64,000 bases of DNA from Glycera tridactyla (lineage: Eukaryota), in NCBI GenBank assembly GCA_965644265.1, contig OZ286463.1:27404001-27468000 (forward strand). Direction: 5' to 3'. A program made the translations under genes and the position numbers. The notes below the pieces were generated by a model that worked only from the letters and a program-made list of their open reading frames with translations, was not told where the DNA came from and did not search any database. This document shows, piece by piece, positions 50,204-59,254 of the stretch (position 1 is its first letter; each line of letters opens with the position of its first letter).

Positions 50204-50809
50204 CACCTATTGCCTTTCATCACTCACCAACTTGAACTCTCGCCCCCACTCTTTCACCTCATACCTCTCACACCCTCTATTCACTCCCAACTTCATCTTG
50301 TTCGTTGCTTTCAATGTTCCCAATTGTTCAATGTTCCTGCCAGTGATCTCTTCTTGAAAATTTTATATGAAAACATCAGCATGTAACTTGACCCTCGTCG
50401 TCTCATGTCTCTTGTTTGATAAAGCATATCTTATCTTATCTCATCTCATCTAAATATGGGGGGTAATGGCTGCCAGTAGGTGCAAAAATTGGCACAAAGT
50501 TAATAAAATCTCAGCTTACAGAGCACTTGCAGCAACCAAAAAAGTTTTTTCCGTAGAAGGATAGTTTTGCTCAGAAAAAGACCAAGCAAGACCAAATCAG
50601 TTCCACATGAGCGGAGATTCTGGCGCCACAACATTTTGGGGATCCAGTATCATATTATAGATTGTGTACCACCAATGGGTTACTTTCAAGTCCTACCTAT
50701 CCCAACAACATTTGAGTTCAATTTTATCAGATATGGATTGTTTTGGGTTTGCCTGGAATCACCATATATGAATGTGAATTATAAATGTGTTATTTTTTCT
50801 GTTATATAG

Positions 50810-53329
50810 GTCAAATTGCTTGGCGGAGGTAGAAGAGGGAGAGAAAGAAGAGTTCATTTGGAAGAGCTGGCAATGATCATCATTGCAACTTGCGAGGAAA
50901 ATAACATCGTACACTTGAACAGCGACATGCTTATGGCTGATGTAGTATCAGAATATAATTGCTTGAGTAGGGAGATGTATGCATTCAGGAAGCCGCTCAC
51001 ATTCAAGTATTTGAAGTTGATGTATAGTGATAAATCTCATCCACTGCATGGTATTGTCAGAGATAAATGGCCCACAATCACGGATGATGTTGAACCTCTG
51101 CATCATTCACAAGATGATGTTGAAGGTTCAATCCATGGCATCAGCGTCAGTGAGGTGCCTGGTCATATACTGTGTGAAGCTGAACCTCACAAAGATAGGG
51201 CCTCTGACCCAAGTGATGCTGAGCATATTGAAAATCCTTGTGGAGATGCAGTTGCTCCAGCTGAGTACAACCAGCCACTGTTGCAATTAAATGAAAGCAT
51301 TATGACCACTGGTTTTGATGGGGGGCAAGGTCATATGAATTTGAGGAGATCAAGTGTGACTGAGGGACAACAAGATCGTCAAACTGTGCATCATCGCTCA
51401 CAGTATTGTGTTGATGCTGACAATACCAATCAAAGGGAATTCTCTAGCAAAGTTGAGCAGTCATTTGGGGATATATTTTCATCGACACAGACCCTTCCCA
51501 TTTCACCCATACCAGAAGGTATACCTGGCCACATTAGTCACCCAAGTAACTCTAATTTTGGTAATTATGTTTCCTCGAAAACTGATCACTTGAAATTGCA
51601 GGTACATAAACTAAGAATATGCACTGGTTTCGATAGTGGCCATGGCCATTCATGCGAGTTTACTAGCAGTAACAATTTGAATCAAGTACACCAGATTGGA
51701 TCTATGCATGGATCATTCTCATTGACTGATAATCGCAATTGCCAAGGTGGTGATATTCATGCTTTGCGTAATCACATAGTATTATCCAAAGTATGTGCTC
51801 CGACCAATAGGCAGAGAGGGACTCATTCAGATGAGGTCTGTTATACTGCTCAAACTGATATACAATGTAATACCATGGCAACCACTTCAGATTTGAATGT
51901 TCAGGCCCTGCATGATATCATCTCTGACCGTAATGAGACAAATTTATCCTCCGAGTTTGCTGAACAAGATACTGCCCACACTGACATTGTTTGCAGCATC
52001 ACTTCGAAACCTATTGTGATTTCTAATCTTGGGCAGTCTCACACACATTCAGCTACATCATCAGAATCTTTGTCAATCAGTGGAAGTTGTACTGCCGATA
52101 CACACTGTGCAAATCTGGATATAGATAACTTATCCAATGATATTCCTGCCACAAGTAGTCTTGATAATATAGAGTTTAAGTCACATATAGATCAGAAAGA
52201 ATTCGTGACTGCTTCTATCCCACATGGCATCAATTGTGTCATGAAGGAGAAAGCAGGTTTTCATGAGTACAGCCTTCAGGTGGATTCACAAAGCAGTGAC
52301 AATGTTGGTAAATCCATGGACACCCATGTGGATGACATCAGGTCAGTGCTATCAGGTGAATGTGATCGCCCAAATGAGTTACAGGTTGATCAAAAGGAAG
52401 ATGATACTGCCAACACTGACATTGTTTGCAGCATCACCTTAAAACCTATTGTGATTTCATATCTTGGGCAGTCTCGCACACATTCAGCTACATCATCAGA
52501 ATCTTTGTCTATCAGTGGAAGTTGTACTGCCGATACACACGGTGTCAATCTGGATATAGATAACTTATCCAATGATATTCCTGCCACAAGTAGTCTTGAT
52601 AATATGGAGTTTAAGTCACATATAGATCAGAAAGAATTGGTGGCTGCTTCTATCCCACATGGCATCAATTGTGTCATGAAGGAGAAAGCAGGTTTTCATG
52701 AGTGCAGCCTTCAGGTGGATTCACAAAGCAGTGACAATGTTGGTAAATCCATGGACACCCATGTGGATGATATCAGGTCAATGCTATCAGGTGAATGTGA
52801 TCGCCCAAACGAGTTACAGGTTGATCAAAAGGAAGATGATATCAAAAGGTCCGAAGGCTTTATTGTAGGTAACACAATAACTCATCAGTCTGTTGGCTGT
52901 GTACAGGTATTTAGCCAAACAAGGGAAAATATGATCGCTTTTTTATCAACTGGTTCCCTCAATACAGTCTTCGATATTGATGAGAGTTGTCGAATGATAG
53001 AAAATATCATAAGCCCTATCAAAACAAAGATGAGTGACAAACACTTTTCATTATTTACCCAACTTCGCAAAGTAGGTAGCAGATACTTGCCTCGAGGGAA
53101 ATGGGAATTTATGTTCAGTGAGTTATTAGAGCAAAGTAATAAGCTCTGTACATTTTCATTCTGCAATCATTATGTTTCTGTTGCCAAAACAAATCAATCT
53201 CATCTTTTCACATGTCGTGCAAGATGTTCATATAGAGGGTGTGATGTTAATGCTAGTATGGCATTGAAAAATAATGGAGTTATTGACATTGCATTCAAAG
53301 GTAGGCTTGGACATATTGACAAAAACTAA
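50810..53329 (+). CDS. N-terminal part of the giant MULE-type transposase reading frame (disordered region, 145-aa duplication, first zinc-ribbon module), ending at an in-frame TAA
   Basis: Preceded by the acceptor ttattttttctgttatatag| at 50809. Same frame as 53396-59254. It contains YLPRGKWEFMFSELLEQSNKLCTFSF...CRARCSYRGC...GRLGH, homologous to two modules in the next ORF. Confidence 0.8.
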   Translation, partial: VKLLGGGRRGRERRVHLEELAMIIIATCEENNIVHLNSDMLMADVVSEYNCLSREMYAFRKPLTFKYLKLMYSDKSHPLHGIVRDKWPTITDDVEPLHHSQDDVEGSIHGISVSEVPGHILCEAEPHKDRASDPSDAEHIENPCGDAVAPAEYNQPLLQLNESIMTTGFDGGQGHMNLRRSSVTEGQQDRQTVHHRSQYCVDADNTNQREFSSKVEQSFGDIFSSTQTLPISPIPEGIPGHISHPSNSNFGNYVSSKTDHLKLQVHKLRICTGFDSGHGHSCEFTSSNNLNQVHQIGSMHGSFSLTDNRNCQGGDIHALRNHIVLSKVCAPTNRQRGTHSDEVCYTAQTDIQCNTMATTSDLNVQALHDIISDRNETNLSSEFAEQDTAHTDIVCSITSKPIVISNLGQSHTHSATSSESLSISGSCTADTHCANLDIDNLSNDIPATSSLDNIEFKSHIDQKEFVTASIPHGINCVMKEKAGFHEYSLQVDSQSSDNVGKSMDTHVDDIRSVLSGECDRPNELQVDQKEDDTANTDIVCSITLKPIVISYLGQSRTHSATSSESLSISGSCTADTHGVNLDIDNLSNDIPATSSLDNMEFKSHIDQKELVAASIPHGINCVMKEKAGFHECSLQVDSQSSDNVGKSMDTHVDDIRSMLSGECDRPNELQVDQKEDDIKRSEGFIVGNTITHQSVGCVQVFSQTRENMIAFLSTGSLNTVFDIDESCRMIENIISPIKTKMSDKHFSLFTQLRKVGSRYLPRGKWEFMFSELLEQSNKLCTFSFCNHYVSVAKTNQSHLFTCRARCSYRGCDVNASMALKNNGVIDIAFKGRLGHIDKN
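51968..52837 (+). repeat. In-frame 435-bp (145-codon) tandem duplication inside the transposase N-terminus
   Basis: gatactgcc(c/a)acactgacattgtttgcagcatcac...gatcaaaaggaagat at 51968 and 52403, with few differences. Confidence 0.95.
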
Positions 53330-56300
53330 AGCATTACAGAAGCTGAATCAGTCACTCAATTTCAAGCATATTCCAACCATCCTGCGAGCAAGCATGTGGC
53401 CAAAGTTTCTCAGGGAACAACTGGTGAATCACCTGTTGGAACTGATCATAATGCAATACCCAAGAATAAAAAAGATGCTCATGGTGATGAATTTCAATGT
53501 TCATCAGGGACACAGCCTTTGTGTTGTCCTGACCGAAATGTATTTGAAATGAAGCAGGTCGTAATTGAATTTCTTTCTACAGGCTGTTTCGACTATGGTA
53601 TCATTATTGATGATGTTTTCTCGATGATAGAAAATGTTCTCCCTCTTGTTGTGACCCAGATGAGAAGAAAAGATCATGACTATCTCATGAGATCATTCAA
53701 AGGTCTCGGTTCATTTCACATTCCAAAGGCGAAATGGCAATCAATAATTCACAGTCTTGTATTTGAAAGTAATACAGTATGTGATTTCTCTTTCAGCAGT
53801 TATCGAATGCCTACAGCACAAAGGGCTCATGACAATTTTATTTTAGAGAGTAGAGGAAAGTGTTCCATGAGGACATGTGGGGTTTCTGTATTGGTCAGAG
53901 TGAGAAAAGGAGGCCAGGCTGAGATCAGTTATGAAGGCAGAATTGGCCATGGGATTCCAAAACAAAGTGCCAGCTCAATTTTGCAGAGTCTTAGCTCCAC
54001 AACAGAGAGATATTCCAATGATAATGAAAGAAAATCACAGAGTGATCACATATCTAGTGAACTGTCCATCACTCATCAGAGTTGTGATGAGGTGGAAGCT
54101 GATAGTCTACCAACATCAAAAAATAAACTCGGCAGTATGAGAAGGATTCCTGCAGATAATTCTGATATGGAAGTCTTGTCTCCACCTGAAGAAACAAATC
54201 AAACAACTTGTAAAGATATAGATTCTAAAATGAAACAGGCTATGCTTGACTATTTGGCAACTGGACATATTGATGATAGCATTGATATCAATAACACTTT
54301 CTTGATGATAGAGAATCTAGTGCCAACCATGAAGACTCAAGTTTCAGACATTGATCTAACAATTCTTTTGTCTTTGAGAAAACCAGGGAGCAGATATCTT
54401 CCTAGAGGGAAATGGGAGTATATGTTTGTTGAGCAGCTGAAAAAAAGTAATAAGTTGTGTTCCTTCGTTTTCAAGGAAAATTATATATCAGTAGCAGTGA
54501 AGCAGAAAAAAAAGGTTATTTTCACATGTAAAGCTTTTTGCAAGCATGGAAATTGCTCGGTGAGTGCTCTCATTCGTCTTGAAATGGATGGCACTGTGGA
54601 TATATCTTACAAAGGCAGAATTAAGCATGATAGTAAAGCTATCCATGCAAGACCCATTCGTTCTCCAGAGCGATTGAAACTATATTCAGAGTTCAAGTCA
54701 GGTATATCCCCAAGTAAAATGTATCATGATAAATTATCAAGAAAAGATGATGATGAATTGCTCCATGGTAATTTGGATGGAATAGGTATCACCCAATCGG
54801 TTATGCAGAAAATCTCATCAGAGTCAAAGGTCGATGGTCAAATAGATCAGAGCATCTTTTCCAGGCTATGTATGATGAAACAGCAGTCAGAAACACTGTC
54901 GAAAGGGAGGAAGGTAATTGGAGATATCCAATATGTTTCTATGGACCCAACTATTGTGATAATTCTTAGTGAATCAGGTCTCAATATCTGGCATAATAAT
55001 GTTAAAAATGATTATGTATTCCTTGATTCTACCGGAAGTGTTGCAAAGGCATTACCAAACAAGAGCAGTTTTCTTTATTATGAAATTTGTGTTCGCAATA
55101 GAGATATTAAACAACCCAACATACCTATTGCGGGGATGGTTACAAATGACCAGTCAGAGTTTGCTATGACTCAGTTTCTGAATAAGCTTATTCATTGTCA
55201 GAAGAAGATGTTTGGATTTTTGGCAGTTAGGCTCCCATTACAAATCAGAATCGACAGATCATATGTCCTTCTAGCCTCTATTCTCAAAGCTTTCAATAAT
55301 GAAACTATAACAGATTTTGCACTGCGAAGTTACAGGATAATAACAGGATGTGCAGAAGGAGATGACCTCAAGAAAGTTAATCCTTCTGCATGCATTGCTC
55401 ATACCATGAATTCTTGGAAACATCATTCCAAAACTCGTTACACTGGTGATATATCATTCATTATGTTTGCATTCAGTATATTGGCATCATCTACCTCCTT
55501 AATGGAATATAACACAAATTTGTACAATTTCTTTTATGTATTGCTCTCCGAATATAACACTCATTCAACAGCAATGTATAGCCAAAAACTCTTATCATCA
55601 GGCAATGACAAAACACATCAAATTTCGGAAATCATTGATAGCCATCAAGATGCTGAAGGAGTAAAAGAAGAAAACTCAGAAGAATCCTATATGAAACAGG
55701 ATCTCAAGTCTCCATTCAGAGAGTTGGCACAGAGATCGAAATATCAAGTATGTGCAGCAATTGAATCAGATAAAAGTGATGAGTTTCCAAAAAATGCGAG
55801 ACACTGCCCAGACATGATTGACTTTTTCATAAAAAACTGGTCAGCTTCGGCCCACTTTTGGTCAAATCTTGTCTGTGGGGATCTAGGCCGACATGGGAGT
55901 AGTGAAATATACAAACAGTTCACTTTTCCAATGAATGTTGGCGTACACTCATATAATGCTCATTGTGGCACCAACACTGCTGCTGAGCAGCGTTTCAATA
56001 TAATCAAAAACATCCATGCACTTGGAAGCAAAATTATGAGATTGGACGTCTTTATTCAAAATATGGTCAAACATTTCAGTGATGTCCACAAAAAGTATTT
56101 TTTCGATGATTTCAAACGAAGTAATACAAAATTATTAGAAGAGAAATGGGGTAAAAAGAAGACAAAAACAAAGCGTAAAATTGGATTTTATCAGGGCACT
56201 CCAAAGAATGTGAGCATTTTGAAACAAACAAAAAAGATGCGAATAGACTCAGATTCAATCAACTCAGAAGTGACTTGCATGCAGGGGTCAGATGTCAAGA

Positions 56301-59254
56301 GAGTTGCAGAAGATGTTCCTCTCAGTACCAAAAAGCAACGAGTAACTCCCTCTGTGACTCAATATTTGGCACAGAAAAATATTACCACAGTTGGCAGCTC
56401 ATTGCAACAGTGTTCAGAGCCGAAGTTCATACAGTTATGCAATATAGCACAAAATTGCTGGTTTAATGCCATATCCCAGGCATTCATTGGTACCACTTTG
56501 ATAAAGACTTTTCTTGAGAGAATCTCATATATAGTTGATTTAACTAGTCTGTTTCATATGAAATACAAAAAAGTATTCTGGCTCTGGAGCAATATGTTGA
56601 AGGGAAAACATATACCTGCTAGTGAGATGGAGAGCGTATTAGCAAGCCTTGCTGATAGAGGAATCATGGGTAACAATTATTTCAAATTTGGCCATCAACA
56701 TGACGCACATGAAGTTGTAACCACATTGATAGATCGCTGCATTGAAGAATGTGGTGAGCATTTTTCTCTTGACATTTTACACCAGTCACAATGTAGCACG
56801 TGTGAAACTCAATCAATACTTGATGTTCAGACTGTCAGTAATCTATCACTGACTATCCCTGTTCCAAGAAAAAATTTAAGAAAAATCTCAGTATCATCTC
56901 TTCTTGATGAGTATCTTTTGGAGAAAACACCTATGCAAACAAAGTGTAACATCTGCAATACACATTTGAAGAAAAAAATGAGTTTTTTGAATGCCCCGGA
57001 AATATTAATCTTCCATATTAAAAGGCATGATTTGGGTCCAACTGGGATACAGAAAAATCGGACAAGTGTGTATTTCGAAGAAATTCTGCATATACAGGAT
57101 TTTGAATACCGGATACATAGTGTTGTAAGACATAAAGGGACAGACCTACATAGTGGACATTATGTTTGTTATGTCCACCAAAATGATAATTTTTATAGAT
57201 TAGATGATGACAGGCGACCTGAAATTGTGTCAGCATTAGATTCCATTTATGAGGAGGCATACATCTTGGTCTACACTAGATTCGATCCTGATCGCAATCT
57301 GTCATCTTTGCCTAGCTGTGTTTCTTCTTTTCTATCGCTGGCATCATACAATAAACTAATCATTGAAGAAGTAGAATCTCAGTTGAAACATGGATGCCTG
57401 TCTCCAAATGTCACTGTCTTCTTACAGTCTCTCTTTCATGGCAAGATTGAGATTGGACATTTACAATTTCTGTTAGGATATCATGGCATCCGTGACATCA
57501 GAAATCTGAACTTATGGACATTTGTTGACTTCTTATTTACAAAGTTGCTACACAGTAGTAAGATTTTCACCTTTAAGATCCATCACAAAATATCTTGTCT
57601 GATTTGCGAATGCAAGCATGATTTGATAGCAGCAATTTCTATGATATCATGCACAAACCTAGCTACACCACCCAGGGACTTTTTTGAGCAGCAAATCCGT
57701 ACATCATCTAAACCCAATTGTCATGATAATTTCAGGATAACGGATTCATATTGCATAAGCCCATCAAAAATGATCATGATCTATTATGAGACGATGGATA
57801 AGTTTGATATCTCAAATTTGAAGCAGCTGAATTTTAGTAATTTGTCACAAAATATGTATGAGGTATGTTATACACTTACAATGTGTCTCCTGTGTGAAAT
57901 GGAATGTGTCAAGTGCTTAGTTGAAGAAAATGGTGAATACAAGGAATATGTCAATGGAAAGCTCAGCGATATTGAGATGTCATCTTTTGGTTCCAACAGT
58001 AGTGCCCTTCTATTCTACGAGTTGAATGAGACCAGTTGTTGCCATGACATTAAGGTAGAAATACCTATTGACATGAATGAGTATATTCGTGTATCAGAGG
58101 AGAATGTAGACCTTTTTACAATCGATGAAAAGCTGTCAGCATTAACTGATGACTATGTTGATGAAATATGTGCATTTAATCAAACCATGTATTTCCATGA
58201 TATGAAGATTCTGCTGTATGGGGGAGATCTCACAAGTAGCATCATCAACATGTTCATCACTTTTATTGCTTCGATTGCCAAACTAGACAGAATCATAGTA
58301 TGTACATCTCTGGACTTTTCCCGAATCCAACAACAAGAGTCTCCAAAGTATGAACAGGGAGATTTTTGGATGAAAAGTGATTTTGTTTGCATCCCGGTTA
58401 ATATATCACAAGGACAATTCAGGCATTGGGTCCTACTTTTTGTATGTCTGTCTGAGAGATATGTGATGTACTTCGATTCGTTGTCTGGTTATGATGCTAG
58501 TATTTCTGAGGCCTTGTTCAAGCAATTGTCTTATGAAAAGTTTCTTATGAATGAGCAGTTTGACAGGAATATGTGGAAAGTAATCAACATGTCAAAACAT
58601 CCGACCTTCCCATTACAGAGAGATTCACACAGCTGTGGTGTTTATGTCTGCATGATTGCTGAATGTCTGTTGACATTTAAGGATTTCCCTTTGACCATCA
58701 GACAACAAGACTTGGATTCCTATAGGATTAAAATACTATCCCTCTTAGTGAATCAGAGTAATTTACAAACGACTAAGCTAGTCAGGAATATCAAGGATAT
58801 TTTCATGGTTGCAGAGTTTGTCGAATATCATTCGCACAAGATAGCAACACTATTCATTCCAAGCATTGCTGATAAGTATATTTCAAAGATAAAGCCATGG
58901 CATCAACGGCACAATATTATGATGTCCAATCCTGTCCACTTCAGAAAAGCTAAACTGGAAGGCTTTGCCAAGTATTACATTGCCGATGATGTCATTGATA
59001 CAATTGCTGACATCATAGAGAGATGTGTGACTCACAAATTTTCCCAGGGTATATTTTCATTAGCAACATCCCATCTCAATATCGATGGGTGTGATCTGGT
59101 TAATAACAGATTCACAAATGCGGAGTTTGCTTCCTACTTGACGGATGTCCTGACAAAGGAAATTTTGATCCTGATGTTTCGGGTGCAATGTGGCATACAG
59201 TATGTCAGGATAAACAATTTATTTTGTGCATCTGAAATATCGCTAGCACAATAG
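53330..59254 (+). CDS. Mutator/MULE (NOF-like) DDE transposase fused to a USP (peptidase C19) domain and a Ulp1 (peptidase C48) domain
   Basis: Transposase: FLDSTG (D at 55025), IRIDRS (D at 55253), ACIAH (CxxH at 55391-55402), TNTAAEQRFNIIK (E at 55985). USP: CNIAQNCWFNAISQ (C at 56456), QHDAHE, CSTC/CNIC fingers, HKGTDLHSGHYVCY (H at 57158), LDDD. Ulp1: HWVLL (H at 58424), YFDSL (D at 58475), QRDSHSCGVY (C at 58634). The frame is open from 53330. Confidence 0.88.
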   Translation, partial: SITEAESVTQFQAYSNHPASKHVAKVSQGTTGESPVGTDHNAIPKNKKDAHGDEFQCSSGTQPLCCPDRNVFEMKQVVIEFLSTGCFDYGIIIDDVFSMIENVLPLVVTQMRRKDHDYLMRSFKGLGSFHIPKAKWQSIIHSLVFESNTVCDFSFSSYRMPTAQRAHDNFILESRGKCSMRTCGVSVLVRVRKGGQAEISYEGRIGHGIPKQSASSILQSLSSTTERYSNDNERKSQSDHISSELSITHQSCDEVEADSLPTSKNKLGSMRRIPADNSDMEVLSPPEETNQTTCKDIDSKMKQAMLDYLATGHIDDSIDINNTFLMIENLVPTMKTQVSDIDLTILLSLRKPGSRYLPRGKWEYMFVEQLKKSNKLCSFVFKENYISVAVKQKKKVIFTCKAFCKHGNCSVSALIRLEMDGTVDISYKGRIKHDSKAIHARPIRSPERLKLYSEFKSGISPSKMYHDKLSRKDDDELLHGNLDGIGITQSVMQKISSESKVDGQIDQSIFSRLCMMKQQSETLSKGRKVIGDIQYVSMDPTIVIILSESGLNIWHNNVKNDYVFLDSTGSVAKALPNKSSFLYYEICVRNRDIKQPNIPIAGMVTNDQSEFAMTQFLNKLIHCQKKMFGFLAVRLPLQIRIDRSYVLLASILKAFNNETITDFALRSYRIITGCAEGDDLKKVNPSACIAHTMNSWKHHSKTRYTGDISFIMFAFSILASSTSLMEYNTNLYNFFYVLLSEYNTHSTAMYSQKLLSSGNDKTHQISEIIDSHQDAEGVKEENSEESYMKQDLKSPFRELAQRSKYQVCAAIESDKSDEFPKNARHCPDMIDFFIKNWSASAHFWSNLVCGDLGRHGSSEIYKQFTFPMNVGVHSYNAHCGTNTAAEQRFNIIKNIHALGSKIMRLDVFIQNMVKHFSDVHKKYFFDDFKRSNTKLLEEKWGKKKTKTKRKIGFYQGTPKNVSILKQTKKMRIDSDSINSEVTCMQGSDVKRVAEDVPLSTKKQRVTPSVTQYLAQKNITTVGSSLQQCSEPKFIQLCNIAQNCWFNAISQAFIGTTLIKTFLERISYIVDLTSLFHMKYKKVFWLWSNMLKGKHIPASEMESVLASLADRGIMGNNYFKFGHQHDAHEVVTTLIDRCIEECGEHFSLDILHQSQCSTCETQSILDVQTVSNLSLTIPVPRKNLRKISVSSLLDEYLLEKTPMQTKCNICNTHLKKKMSFLNAPEILIFHIKRHDLGPTGIQKNRTSVYFEEILHIQDFEYRIHSVVRHKGTDLHSGHYVCYVHQNDNFYRLDDDRRPEIVSALDSIYEEAYILVYTRFDPDRNLSSLPSCVSSFLSLASYNKLIIEEVESQLKHGCLSPNVTVFLQSLFHGKIEIGHLQFLLGYHGIRDIRNLNLWTFVDFLFTKLLHSSKIFTFKIHHKISCLICECKHDLIAAISMISCTNLATPPRDFFEQQIRTSSKPNCHDNFRITDSYCISPSKMIMIYYETMDKFDISNLKQLNFSNLSQNMYEVCYTLTMCLLCEMECVKCLVEENGEYKEYVNGKLSDIEMSSFGSNSSALLFYELNETSCCHDIKVEIPIDMNEYIRVSEENVDLFTIDEKLSALTDDYVDEICAFNQTMYFHDMKILLYGGDLTSSIINMFITFIASIAKLDRIIVCTSLDFSRIQQQESPKYEQGDFWMKSDFVCIPVNISQGQFRHWVLLFVCLSERYVMYFDSLSGYDASISEALFKQLSYEKFLMNEQFDRNMWKVINMSKHPTFPLQRDSHSCGVYVCMIAECLLTFKDFPLTIRQQDLDSYRIKILSLLVNQSNLQTTKLVRNIKDIFMVAEFVEYHSHKIATLFIPSIADKYISKIKPWHQRHNIMMSNPVHFRKAKLEGFAKYYIADDVIDTIADIIERCVTHKFSQGIFSLATSHLNIDGCDLVNNRFTNAEFASYLTDVLTKEILILMFRVQCGIQYVRINNLFCASEISLAQ

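Larger units (their letters stand above)
36085..50451 (+). mobile_element. Decayed host CR1 LINE (APE-RT remnant ~36085-38940) whose 3'UTR is split by two insertions: UTR pieces 38940-39063, 47698-47879 and 50212-50451
   Basis: SPTRITPTSASLIDNILTN, LSDHKL, FPSIWKNAIV, KAFDMVCH, PQRSILGPILS, YADNT, YKYLGV, YRGACLWNSL. The pyrimidine-rich UTR resumes after each TSD. Tail gataaagcatatcttatcttatctcatctcatct at 50418-50451. The 5' limit is uncertain and APE-like remnants may extend to ~35600. Confidence 0.75.

Noticed and set aside
50452-50809. Short ORFs (MAASRCKNWHK..., and 50567-50809) as the first exon or left TIR of the transposon
   Set aside because: No convincing phase-0 donor, and no matching inverted copy downstream of 59254.
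53330-59254. Assignment to Zisupton/KDZ, Ginger, Polinton or a viral polyprotein
   Set aside because: No CxC/SWIM/SAP arrangement, no integrase HHCC/DDE, and no PolB, ATPase or capsid motifs. The CxxH and TNxxxE spacing fits MULE better.
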